Assembly (NCBI RefSeq): GCF_902652985.1
Contig: NC_047015.1
Coordinates: forward strand, 30,752,001-30,816,000
Direction of reading: 5' to 3'
Origin: Pecten maximus
Lineage: Eukaryota
DNA length: 64,000 nt
Shown in pieces: positions 1 to 17,400 of this stretch; the stretch's first letter is position 1; each line of letters begins with the position of its first letter. The notes beneath the pieces were generated by a model. It was not told the origin of the DNA. It did no database searches and saw only the letters and a list, made by a program, of their open reading frames with translations. Position numbers and translations under genes: made by a program.

Positions 1-483
1 ATGTTCAGTTCAACTCTGTGTGACTGTGTGAATTAACATCTTCATACAGAGTTAAATCAAACATCAAATTTTTATAACTTCAATAATTAAATGAACCTCA
101 AATTCTATTAAATTAGATTGAATCTGGACAGGTGTAGCATGAGCTAAATGAAGCCAATAAGAGATGATTTTAATCAGATTGTCACACGTTGATTATGATA
201 TATTGATATTTTACATGCATAGTCTGAGTTTGGGTTATATTCTGTTTACATATTCACAGCAGAGGGCAGCAGATCAAGATTAGTTGGCTCCATGTCTCGT
301 AGCCAGATGAGAGATGACAATTTATTCTCACATACTTCACATGGTTATCCGGCAGTTGATTGGGAAAAGATAAATCAATCTTACACAGGGGGGGGGGGGG
401 GGGGGGGGGGTCATAAATTTTGAAGACGGCACGATGAAAAACTTTCATAAAAACATACGTTTGGTTGCAAGTATGTGAGAAAA

Positions 484-640
484 ATAACCAAGCATGGGTC
501 TGTTCACGAACAAGGATATCTCAACCCTCGTGTAAGAGTTTGGCTGGCCAGCACTCAACAAGCCTCGTGCTGACTGGCCAAACTCTTACACTCGGGTTGA
601 GATATCCCTGTCCACGGAACTGACCCATGTTAGATTCTAT
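484..640. mobile_element. Palindromic foldback MITE in a RINT1 intron
   Basis: ~70-bp imperfect inverted arms (catgggtc..ggatatctcaaccctcgtgtaagagtttggc / gccaaactcttacactcgggttgagatatcc..gacccatg) around a short loop. Confidence 0.75.
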
Positions 641-953
641 TATTCTTCAAGGTTGCTTCAAGTTTATAGGATTTAAGACAATTAAAAGTTTGTAGATCAA
701 GGCCATGCATTGTTGAGAGATTATCACTTGTACTTAGGAGTGCGTTTACTAAATCAGGTTCATTAATCAGATGAAAGATATATCAATCATATTGACCTTA
801 TTAGTTTATAGGTCAAGGTCATTATCAATATGTAGGTCAAAACTTTCTCATGCTTATGTTGATTATTACAGCTTTAACAGTATGCCAGAGATTAAATTGA
901 AGTTGACTCATTTATTCCACTGCCACATACAAAGTAGGATTTTATTATCACAG

Positions 954-5057
<4,104 letters not shown>

Positions 5058-6774
5058 TTATATAGAAATCTGTAGTTTTACTCAACACAGACCTGGTGTT
5101 CATCTCCCATTTCTTCACAATTCTCAGTGCTTCAAAATTAAGAAAGAATTACGGTTTGAAGGGAGTTATGTACTGGAAACTAACCGTGTGGAAATTAAGA
5201 TTATTGATCTGCTCGAAACCAATTATATTATTATCTCAGCTTCTGATACTGTGGTTTACCTGTCCAATTGTAAGGAGACAGGGATTAATACAGTTTTACA
5301 ACAAGTTAATATTTCATATCTTAGAGATTCTGAGTACTAGCATGAAACTTTATGGAATATATTTCCTTTACCTACTGATGGTAATAGACATTTCACTCTA
5401 CATGTCCCTTGTGGTCTCAATTTAATGCAGGTATGGCGTACATGTATTTGTATATGTCAAAATCGGAAGCATGCTGAATATTAATTTTACATATTTTACA
5501 ACTACCATAAAACAAGTTGTTGTATCAGCTTAATCTCTCTTGTTGTGTGGAAGAAAACTGAATTGCCAGATAAACCGTGTAGTCTGGCAGATGACCAAAT
5601 ACAACCCCCTTCCCTTGAAATTAAATCTTTGTTGGCCTGTTGAGAGATGAGTCTGCTATCCACCATCGGACAACTGCAGAGTAGACTACAGATATTACAA
5701 AGAATACCAAATTGAGAATGTTGAGATGTTGAGAAAAGTATGAAAGAATGACTTTATGTACATTTGTATATTATATTATTGATACCCGGGAGTTGAATTT
5801 AATTAGAAACGATTGTTCTAAAATAAAACAATAAGTAGGGGACACTATTGTAAGAGGGGACATCTTTTACTGTGGTACAATAAAGTTTATTATGAATGAG
5901 AAAGATGAAGTAACTTAATGTAAAATATGTGTTCTTTTCTATTTCTTAATGGCTGTGATTTATAACAATGTATTATGGAATTGTATGTTTTACAAAATTT
6001 TGGTGCAAAACAAAAGCAAAATTATATGTAAACAATGTGGACTTAACCTGAAATATCAAAACTCTAAGAATGATGAACATATACATTAAATGTTCCACTT
6101 TGATATTTCAGGTATTCTTCATTTGATAAAGTACTGTTCAGTACTGTTTTTCAGACTTAAAATGTAGGTTCCACTTGTTCTCGTTATCAGATTATCAAAA
6201 GGGAAAGAAGGGAAAAGTAGAGAGATCAGTCTGACATAGAACCAATTAAGATCATTCAATGGTGGGCGCCAAGATTGGGGATCTCTTGTTTAGAGCCCAA
6301 AATGCCACAAGTGTACTGTAGTTGGATTATCTCCCTTTCAAGTTTTACAAAGAATTTTCATTTCAGAAATGTCTTGTGTAATTGGTGTAGGGAGTTAAAA
6401 GGTGCTTTTGATATGTGATATTTAATACATAGTTTCGTTTTAATATTATCTAATGTGAAGTTGAATGTGTCATGAATGATATAAATAAATGAATTTTATT
6501 TGTGATAATTTCTTTTTGGGGTTTTCTTTTATTTTCATTTGCTTTGCCCTTAGTCCGAATTAATCTTGTTTTATCAATATTTTTATCTTTTGATCCATGT
6601 ACGATGTGTGTGATAAGAGCAACCCTGGTACGGGTCATTTATTTCCCCCTTTATTGTTATAGAGGGCTGGAGTGCTGTCGTAAATCAACGCCAGACAAAC
6701 ATGAATTGTCGTAAATATGATAACTTTATTTTGTAACTAAAATGATTTGCGATCGTATCTTGTTCAGAATAAGG

Positions 6775-7092
6775 TTTTAAGCCAGGAAAATACTAGCAGC
6801 AATATACCACTTGGCTAGAGAGAACTTCTCTTTAATTTGATCAATTTAGTGTAAGACTATTTATTAATTAAGTAATCTGAAGTCCCGGGTCTGATCCTTA
6901 GCAGAGGCATTGAAATAAACTGATCATTGGCTTCATTGTTGCCCATGTAGGGACTTGGTGGACTTATTCTTAGTGTTACTTGTGGAAGCATTGCTGTAAG
7001 TTTTTTCCCTGATGGGGAGGTGATTGAGCTAAAGAGGTTATCTCTAACTGAGCAGTATATTCCAACTACATGTAGTATTTACCAGGGTTACA
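6775..7092 (+). mobile_element. Rearranged miniature LTR element with tRNA-derived LTR (Helenus-like TRIM), same family as 13608-13985
   Basis: LTR-like segment, PBS-like tgttgcccatgtagggacttgg (~6937-6958), PPT tgatggggagg, then an inverted LTR 5' fragment ending ccagggttaca. Confidence 0.6.
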
Positions 7093-7181
7093 CACACACA
7101 AGGTTAATTTAATATAGAAAAAGTGTCAGTGATGATTAAACCAGATTCCAGAGGGATCCTGGCACTCTCCATCATATGATC

Positions 7182-7875
7182 TTTATAATACCCCCCGCAA
7201 CGAAGTTGGGGGGGTATACTGGAATCACCTTGTCCATCCGTCCGTCACAAAATTTGTCCAGCTATGCATTCGCTCATTTCTTTATGGATTTCACTCAAAT
7301 TTAGTATATAGTTAGAAGACCATATGAACTTTTGTCCCCTGCAGTGATTTTGCGATTTAGCCCTTTTTAACAGAGTTATGCCCCTTTTTCATACAAAATG
7401 TGTCATAATTTTGTCCGGCTATGCATTCACTTAGTTTTTGATGGATTTTCTTGAAACTTTATACAGATTGAAGGATGGCATGAAGTTGTGTCTCCAGTAA
7501 CGGCTTCTTCCGAAAAAAAACCTTTTTAACAGAGTTATGCCCCTTTATGTAAAAAATGTTACTAGCTTGTCCGGCTATGCATTTGCTTTGTTTTCAATGG
7601 ATTTTACTAAAATTTGGTATATAGTTAAAGGACCCTATGAGGCTGTGCTCTATGCAAAGATTTTTCCGAATTACCAGTTCTAATATAATTATGCCCCTTT
7701 TTCTTTAAAAACGAGCAAAATTTTTTTCGGCTATGCATTCACTTAGTTCTTACCTAAACATAGAACATGTTTGATTTGGTTATAGTACCATAAATAGGCA
7801 GCTTCACAAAGTATCCAAACCAATCATGGAAAAGCAGGGGGTATACTTGTCACCCCCTCGGTGACAGCTCTAGTT
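7182..7875 (+). mobile_element. HINE/DINE-1-like element with ~156-bp internal repeats
   Basis: 5' tataatacccccc..ggggggtatact inverted repeat, (GTCC)n microsatellite, four repeats containing gtccggctatgcattc, 3' gggggtatact followed by a tgtcacc..ggtgaca hairpin and ctagttt. Confidence 0.75.
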
Positions 7876-7974
7876 TGGTCTGCATAAGTACTTAAAGTAA
7901 AGTACACTGTAAAACTTCTGTTTCTAGATTTTATTTTCTTTCTGATCAAATTGCCATTCATTTGTAGTCTCTAC

Positions 7975-8440
7975 GACGTCTGCCCATAAACAATGTTTAT
8001 TACTGCTTCTAAAGAAGTACTGAAAGGATGTTTCTCAAACTTCACAGTAGGTTACCCTTGCTCCGTAGTTGTGCCCATTTGAGACTGATCCGGAAAACAA
8101 ACTGGCTGACAGGCGGCCATTTTCGATTTGGACAACTGAAATTTGTTATCAGTATTTCTTGAGAAGTACGGGAGGGATATTTCTCAAACTTCACATGTAG
8201 GTTCCCCTTAATCCCTTGTTGTGCCCATTCAATTTTGAATCTGATTTGGAAAACGAAAATGTCTCACAGGCAGCCATCTTGGATTTTGACAGCCTAAGTT
8301 TGTTATCTGTTTCTCAGGATGTTTTTCCTCTTTTTTAGATTTCATATGAAGGTTTTCCTTGTTATGAGATTATGAAAAAGAGGGGAAAGAAGGGAAAAGT
8401 AGAGAAAAGATAGTCTTGCACAGAACCAATAAAGATTGAA
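7975..8440 (+). mobile_element. Degenerate copy of the 155-bp-repeat HINE family (a 3'-end fragment also lies at ~6130-6292)
   Basis: Shares gacaggcagccatcttggattttgac, ttcacatgtaggttcccc and the gggaaagaagggaaaagtagaga tail with 34937-35930 and 61726-64000. Confidence 0.65.
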
Positions 8441-8750
8441 AGTGGTCAAGGGCAGCATTTGGTCAATGACCAGGAAATCTAATCGGGTGTAGATATTTAT
8501 GCTGTTATGTTATAATGAGAATATGAACTAAATCTATTGAGGGGTTAAAGAGCTATCCTGTATCCAACCTCTTCTTTTAAAAGTGGTCGTGTGACTTGAC
8601 CTTAAACATTAACCAATGACCACCAAAATCTAATCATGTCTATAACTGCGATAGCCTGGAACTATAATATCAGTCAAGGGATTAACGAGATATTGTGCAC
8701 CCCCACACATACTTACTACAGTAAAGGCTACAATTATATATTGTATATTA

Positions 8751-11078
8751 AAACAAGAGGACCATGGGCCTTAACGGTCACCTGAGTTAAGAAATATTGA
8801 AGTTAATTTATTTGACCATTGTGCCTCCACCCATTTCAAGGGGTCAGCCAAAGCCAACATATGCATACCATCAAGCTGTCATCCCATGGTGATAATGTTA
8901 ACAAAGTTAAAATGAATTCGAATAGAAATCAAACAATGGTAGTCAAAATTGTGATTTTATATAAACTATAGTAAACTTTATCCCCTCCCCGGGGGAAACA
9001 TGAGGCAGTTAGAATAGGTCACTTGAGACTTTGTCTCGGGTGACCAAAAAAGTTGGAAATGCTAAATTCTATTCCCAACATTGAATATAGTGATAAAGAA
9101 ATCAAAATGAGATGTAGCTAAAGTATTAAATACCCCATTTTTTCTGAGAGTCTTAAGTTTAAAACTCAAGAATTCCACAAAAGTGGATGCGTCACCTGTG
9201 CAGAGAGTTGGGCGATTGCAAGAGTTTTGCATGGAAAATTTTTTTCCATTTTTAGTAAATGACCTTGACCTTTGACCTGGAAAGTAATCCCAAGCAAGTA
9301 CTTGTGGAAATGAAGATCTACATGAAGTTTGAGCTTGATCCGCCAAAGGGAACCGAGTTATCACATGGAAACATCTGTGAGGAAGCGTCGACACCGGCAT
9401 AGTGATACCTATATGTCAACCTGCTTTTTGCAGACAACACAAAAACAGCCGTTAAAGTACCTAGGAGACATTTTGACAATTCTTAGGTAATGAGATGATG
9501 TAAATTTGTGAAGATTCTGTTTGAGAGGTGTTAATATTTGATCATTTCTCAAAATTCAACAAATATACATGACTAATCTACGTTCAAAACATTAAAAATA
9601 TCAGTAAAGGACCTTCTACTGAATATTGACATGAAATTTCAGTTAAAATCCTTTTTCAAAATCAGTATTTAATATCTGTATCGCCAACCTGGTTGGATTA
9701 GGCTAAAATATGTTCAATTTGAATATGTTAATAGCTTTATTTGTTGATTAAAAACAATGCTATATATGGTTATGGGGAAGGGATCTCAACTGCTTCAAAG
9801 ATAAAACCCAGAAACTAAGTGCAGACTCCCTAGGGGCATAAAAAGACCCAGGGATTGCTTTACAATAAGATTGTGTTTAAAGAAACTAAGTACCTTGTGA
9901 TAGGGAAAGACCCCTGGGCCTACTTTTACATCGGGATTGTGTTTATCTCTTTATGTCAAGCAAGGCTATGTATGGTTATGGCAATATGGGGTGGGGATAT
10001 CAATGTTTCAAAGATATAACAAAGAAACAAAGTCCCTTGGGGTAGGAGAAGACCCCAGGGCCTACTTTTACATCATGACTTTGTCTCTTGATGTCCATCA
10101 ATTCTATATATGGTAATGGGGTGGGAATCTCGACAGTTTCAAATATATATCAAAGAAACTTAGTCTCTAAAGGTAGGGAAGACCCCGGGCCTATTTCTAC
10201 AGCCATACCATTTGTAAAATGTTGAATTCCTACCCAATAGGGGTGCTACCATTCAAATACAAACAATACCCATTGCTTAGTTTCAAGGAAGAAGTCGTTT
10301 ATATCAATTTTGTTGAATCCCCCACCCCATAATGATGCTACCAGATAAATAGGAGCAATATCAATTGCTTCGTTTCAGAGAAGTCATTTATATCAATTTA
10401 GCCAAATTGACCCCTTTTGGACCCGCCCCTCAGGGTCAGACCCACCATATGTACAATTTTGAATCCCCACCCAATAATGATGCTACCAGACAAATAGGAG
10501 CAATATACTTCATTTCAGAGAAGAAGTCTTTTATATCAATTTCGCCAAATTGACCCCTTTTGGCCCCGCTCCTCAGCCCCACCATATGTACAATTTTGAA
10601 TCCCCACCCCATAATGTTACCAGACAAATAGGAGCAATATTAAGTGCTTAGTTTCAGAGAAGAAAGTCATTTATATCAATTTAGCCAAACTGACCCCTCT
10701 TGGCCCCAACCCCTCAGGCCCCCCGGGGGTTCAGCCCCACCATTTGTACAATTTTGAATCCAGACCCCATAATGATGCTACCAGGCGAACATAAGTGATA
10801 TCAATTGCTCAGTTTCAGAGAAGTTGTTTATATCAATTAAGCCAAATTGACCTCTTTTGGCCCAACTCCTCAGGCCCCCGGGGGGTTAGCCCCACAATTT
10901 GCAAAAGTTTGAATACCCATGCATCCTATAATGATGCTACCATTAAATATGAGTGATATCAATTGCTTAATTTCAGAGACGTCGTTTACTTCAGTTTAGC
11001 CAAATTGTTGGTGGCAGCCCCACCATTTGTACAATTTTGAATCCCTACCCCATAATGATGATTAGGTGAGCTAATAAA
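8751..11078 (-). mobile_element. Helentron/HINE-type element with internal ~145-150-bp tandem repeats (~10200-11060)
   Basis: Ends aaacaagaggaccatgggcct..tcacctgag and aggtgagctaa (subterminal inverted repeat plus 3' hairpin). Repeats contain tttgaatccccaccccataatgatgctaccag. Appears to contain nested fragments. Confidence 0.7.
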
Positions 11079-11431
11079 CTACAATTGTCTATGGTAGCAG
11101 CCACAAACTTTTATTGGAAATCCTTGAACAGTATTTGATTTTGAAATTCATTTTGTAACATGTAAATAAACAATGTATGACAAATTAAAAACAGGATGCA
11201 ATAGCATTTCAGCTCGTTTGAAACGCTAATGCTAAAAAGAACAAAATGATCGGTCCATGGCATTGTTAACATTTCTCTTCATCCAGTACAGTTGGGAAGT
11301 AACTGGCAATGACTGCTTTTATTATTCACTATATTGCAATAAGTTATTCTTTTCCAATTCACCTGTTCACTGAACATTGTTAGTGTAGACAGCTAAGTGA
11401 ATTGTACTTGATGTACTTATGTTGGTACTGC

Positions 11432-14400
11432 TTAACTTTTCCTCTTCTTAATTTTGGATTTTTTCATCAAACTTTTCCCACTATCATTTGTTGCAGTTAC
11501 TGAAGACAAATTTTTGCTCTTCTCTGGTGTGGCTTTAGACAACACTTTCTTTCCCTTTTTAGATGCAGCTTTAGAAGATTTAACTTTTTCCATTTCTGGT
11601 GTGACTTCAGATGTCACATTTGTAACAACTTCTGATGTAACTTCAGAAGAAACACTGTCCTTTGTTTTTTTAGTATCTAATGTTTTGCTTTTCTTGTTGG
11701 AATCTTTGCCTTTTTTGAAACTTGTTTTCCTCTTTTTTTTCTCAACCTGTTCAAACTGCATTTCATCATCAGACTCCTCATCCATCTTTCGTTTGGTCGT
11801 TCTCTTTGGTATTTTCTTCCTTCTCATGCCAGTGAATTGTCCGTCATCATCCAGCGTTCCCACTTTGACTTGACCCATATTTGTAACAAGCACATGTCCA
11901 TTCATAAGGGTGCTGATCTCTCCAACCACAGGACTTGGTTTTTCTGGCTTTTTGGGAAATTTCACTTCCTTTTTAGAACCTGAGTAATGGTAAATAATAA
12001 TTACAAACTACAATTCCCTTCAACTACTTATTAACAATTTTCATACATGGTGGCTAAACTTTCTTATATAACCCTTTAATTTTTCCAGTGTTTATGTCAT
12101 TATAATTGATTAATCAATGCAACGACATGAACAAGTATTAGATTCTGTTTATCACCTAACTCATATTCATATGATATTAACAGAAATAACATGTATTTAA
12201 TGTCCCAATAAGGATTTAGACAGGGGAATTTCTACTTGAATAGTACCGATATGTTTTCACTACCAAGACAATCATTTGACAACATTTATGAATGATATCA
12301 CCATATATGCGTTTCATATTATATATGTGAAATGGCCGTATTACATGGCATAACAGGTCAGATATGTAGTTACCAGTAATACAATTAGCCATTATATATT
12401 GTGAAATTAATATTTAAGACGATAAGCTTTACATTACTTACTGAATGTTGCATAAAGAGGAAGAGCAAGGGACTTTTCTGTGCGCACATAAACACTCTGT
12501 ATGTTGGCTGGCCCTCCAGGAAGTGCCACAGATATAGACTCCAATGCTTTCATGACATTTTCAGCCAGCTGCTCCGCCGACATATCCGAGTGCCCTATAG
12601 TTGCTGAACTGTAGAAACACAGGATACCGAACATCAGAGATGGAAATATTCAAAGAAACAATCACAGAGTCTGACATTGGTTGATTACATTTTGGCTTTA
12701 AATCAATTTTATATTACATATAGCAGCATTTAAACCTGGATTTTTTAACTGTTCAATATACTCAGCATTTTAACACTGAGGTACTAGATAGCATTTTGTG
12801 CATTTTAGGTAAGTTAATAAAAATGTATCTGAAAGTAGAATTGAAATCAGAAAAAGGAAAGAAAGTAACATTTGTGTACAATAACTATTATGAAGGAGGA
12901 AATATTTCACATTTATTTAAAGTGCATTTTTTTTCATTTCATAGATCATATTGAAATTGAAGAGAAAATCAACTTGGAGGGTAAACTTATGAGATTTTAT
13001 GATTAATATCAAGATATCTATCAAAACAACTACTTGAATTTTCTGCAGCCTGTGTCTGCTCAAATTTGGGAAATTACATTTATAATTTCTTCAAAATTTA
13101 TCAGATATCTTTTTCCTTAATAACACATTTTTTTTAACTGTGGGAAACATCCTGTTATCAGCTGTTAAACAGTGCAACATTTCACTGCAAAACAATCAAT
13201 ATTTAAAAATCAAACTATGTATTAATAATTAAGAAGTTGATAAAAAACAGATATTCACCTCGATGCTCCATGACCAGTAATTATACATCTGCTGTCATAC
13301 ACCACCTTTTCAATTTCACTTTTTAAGTTTGTTGCTTTCATGTTGACTTGAATTGGATGCCTGAAATAGATATAAGATTTGATATAGCAAATACTCATTA
13401 GAATGTTTATCCTCCTCTACATCACTTCTTGATACTGTACATATGGAATAACTGGTATGCAATAGTATATTGATCTGCAGTCTGTATCCCATTCTATATT
13501 CTTAGTCAGAATGATTGTCAATGTACACACAGAGAATAATCTATGGCAGCTTCATTACAATATCTTATTGTAATGAACATTACCTTAATACATTATCTTA
13601 ATACATTGTACCTCTTAGGGTCTCTGGCCTAATAGTCTTACACTCAACTGATCAAGCTAAAGAAGAATTCTCTCTAGCTGAGAGGTGTATTGCAGCTAGC
13701 ACTTTACCAGGATTACATACTCTCCCATCAGGGAAAAATCACTTGAGTTTCTAATAGGTATGGAGATGGTTTCACAAATAACAATAAGTTTAATTTCCGA
13801 GTCCCTACATGGGTGCCAATTCAAACAATTTAAACAGAGCGGATGATGAATTAAATTTCAATGCCTCTGTTAGGGTTTGAAACCCCGGACCTCTGGATTA
13901 CTAGTCTTGCGCTTAATCGATTGAGCTAAAGAGAAGTTCTCTCTAGCCGAGTGATATATTGCAGCTAGTATTAACAAGGGTTGCGCTTACAAACCTGGAG
14001 GCAAAGTGGTCTAACTAACATAACCAACAATTCCGGAAATATGAATTGACACATCACTAACATTTTTTTCTTTCTATTTGGTTTCATTTTTAAATTTGAT
14101 GATGTGGGTATAAAATATGGAGCCTAACAAAGAGATTGCTTTGCATACTTTTTCTTTCCATAGAAGTTTTTCCCAAGCAAAGAAGGTAAAAGGCGTATGA
14201 CCCTCTCATCTGCCACAAACAGATCAAACATATTGGACAGATTTCGCTTTGCCTCAAATGGCTTATACTCCAGCTTCAGACACTTCAAGGGTATGACCTG
14301 TAAAGTAAAATCAGGACAATTAAATATTGATAAAAAAATGTCTTAATAATTATCCAGAAAATCTAAAATTTTGATATTATTAGTAGTTAACTTGGACACT

Positions 14401-17400
14401 AAAATTTGAATCAATATAAAAGGTATGACCTGAAAGAAAAAGAAAAATCAAGAAAATTAAATATTGACGTCAACTTGCTTTTAAATAACATAATTTCAAC
14501 AAAATTGAAAATTTCATAATATTAGTTTTAGAGTCTGAACATCAAAATTTGAGTCAATATCAAAATATATAAGAAATTTTATCTTAAAAATAATTTAATA
14601 TCTACAAAAGGCAAGAGATCCCAAATGGATCTTTGTGTCAACTATTGTATAAGTTCATGGGTTCATAAATATCATAGATATATGTAACTGTTTATCTTTT
14701 AAAGAAAACAGATTCCATTAAGGAGAAGTCTTACCTGAGTTATACAACTGATTCCTATGGATGCCAACAGATCTTTATAGTGCTGTTCTGTCACCTCGTG
14801 TTCCCTGGAAGATTTGTCAAGGTCCTTTACAAAGAGGCAAACCTCCTGTTCTGGTGTCCACACTGAATGTGGTAACCTCCTGAAAAACAAACCAGAAGAT
14901 TCTATCAAATCAAATAACAGATTTCAGTACAGATACTTTACTATCCTTAGACAATACTGAATACAGTTGAACTATAACGGACATGTTAGCTATGTATGGG
15001 GCAGGAACATGTGGCAGATTTTCGAGGGTTTGGGTTTGCAGAAGTGAACAAAGTTGATCATGACTGGTCAGACACCAGATATAATTGGTCCACACTTATT
15101 AAAGAGTTTTTTATTCACTACATGTACAGTATTTATCTAGTGGTAAGATTCAGTGCTTCCTAATTCATGTGCAATTGTATTGGAAGTAAATCGATATTCA
15201 GAATTCAGAGGGATCAGTAATAGTAATTACTACAATATAATACATAAAATTATGTTTAATCATCCTTTCATTCAGTATAAAGAGGTATTTGATTTTTAGG
15301 ATTGGATGTTCCATTATATAAGAAAATGTATCATGCCTACATGTATGATAAATCATCATACTAAGTTCAAAGAGATCAAACCAACATCTTATACCAAACT
15401 AACCGACATCTTATACCAAACTAACCAACATCTTATACCAAACTAACCAACATCTTATACCAAACTAACCGACATCTTATACCAAACTAACCGACATCTT
15501 ATACCAAACTAACCGACATCTTATACCAAACTAACCGACATCTTATACCAAACTAACCGACATCTTATACCAAACTAACCGACATCTTATACCAAACTAA
15601 CCGACATCTTATACCAAACTAACCGACATCTTATACCAAACTAACCGACATCTTATACCAAACTAACCAACATCTTATACCAAACTAACCGACATCTTAT
15701 ACCAAACTAACCGACATCTTATACCAAACTTACCAACATCTTATACCAAACTTACCAACATCTTATACCAAACTAACCGACATCTTATACCAAACTAACC
15801 GACATCTTATACCAAACTAACCGACATCTTATACCAAACTAACCAACATCTTATACCAAACTAACCGACATCTTATACCAAACTAACCAACATCTTATAC
15901 CAAACTAACCAACATCTTATACCAAACTAACCAACATCTTATACCAAACTAACCAACATCTTATACCAAACTAACCAACATCTTATACCAAACTAACCAA
16001 CATCTTATACCAAACTAACTGACATCTTATACCAAACTAACCGACATCTTATACCAAACTAACCGACATCTTATACCAAACTAACTGACATCTTATACCA
16101 AAGTAACCGACATCTTATACCAAACTAACCGACATCTTATACCAAACTAACCTTCATCTTATACCAAACTAACCGACATCTTATACCAAACTAACCTTCA
16201 TCTTATACCAAACTAACTGACATCTTATACCAAACTTACCAACATCTTATACCAAACTAACCAACATCTTATACCAACTAACCAACATCTTATACCAAAC
16301 TAACTGACATCTTATACCAAACTAACCGACATCTTATACCAAACTAACCAACATCTTATACCAAACTAACCAACATCTTATACCAAACTAACTGACATCT
16401 TATACCAAACTAACCGACATCTTATACCAAACTAACCAACATCTTATACCAAACTAACCAACATCTTATACCAAACTAACCAACATCTTATACCAAACTA
16501 ACCAACATCTTTAAACCAAACTTACCAACATCTTATACCAAACTGAACCCAAACACATCTAACAACATCTTATACCAAACTTACCAACATCTTATACCAA
16601 ACTAACCAACATCTTATACCAAACTAACCGACATCTTATACCAAACTAACTGACATCTTATACCAAACTAACCGACATCTTATACCAAACTAACCAACAT
16701 CTTATACCAAACTAACCAACATCTTATACCAAACTAACCAACATCTTATACCAAACTAACCAACATCTTATACCAAACTTACCAACATCTTATATCAAAC
16801 TAACCAACATCTTATACCAAACTAACCAACATCTTATACCAAACTAACCGACATCTTATACCAAACTAACCGACATCTTATACCAAACTAACCAACATCT
16901 TATACTATAGTAACAGTTAACCGAGTAGTGTGCCTCCACTGGGGATTGAACCTGTAACTCTCGACTTGCCGGTTTGCTGTTTTACCTATTGAGCTATAGG
17001 GAAGTTCCCCCAGCACTTTAGCTAGAAGGTAACTGTATCAATATGTGCACTATTTACAATTAAAACCTACCACACTACTCTCCTCTTATCAAAGGTTGCA
17101 ACATTAACAGCCCACGTTCTATCTCCTTAATCTTAATCTCCTATAACTTGCACTTGGAGTGGCATCGAATGTAACAGGAAAGCTAGTGCCTCCACCCAAC
17201 ACCCGGTCATTGAACTTGCAACCCTCAGCTTGCTAATCCACAGCTCTACCAATTGAGTATGAATCTAGTATGTGACTGTATTATCACAATCTAGCACTAT
17301 TTACACCTAAAATCTGCCACATCTATCACCAATGGTATAAGAACATGACATTATTATATTGTTACAATCACAGCTTTTAGTCAGTTTTGTTTTCGTTGAA

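Noticed and set aside
388-410. Poly-G run (and poly-C at ~38468-38484)
   Set aside because: Simple homopolymers whose length is unreliable in assemblies; no supporting structure.
13860-13935. Functional tRNA-Thr gene (also tRNA-like strings at ~16940-17000 and ~17200-17260)
   Set aside because: The stems are degenerate and the sequences are embedded in duplicated LTR-like units, so they are treated as mobile-element parts.
15272-15359. C/D-box snoRNA candidate in an RSL1D1 intron (ATGATGA...CTGA on the minus strand)
   Set aside because: No terminal stem and no recognisable rRNA-complementary guide; such motifs are expected by chance in AT-rich DNA.
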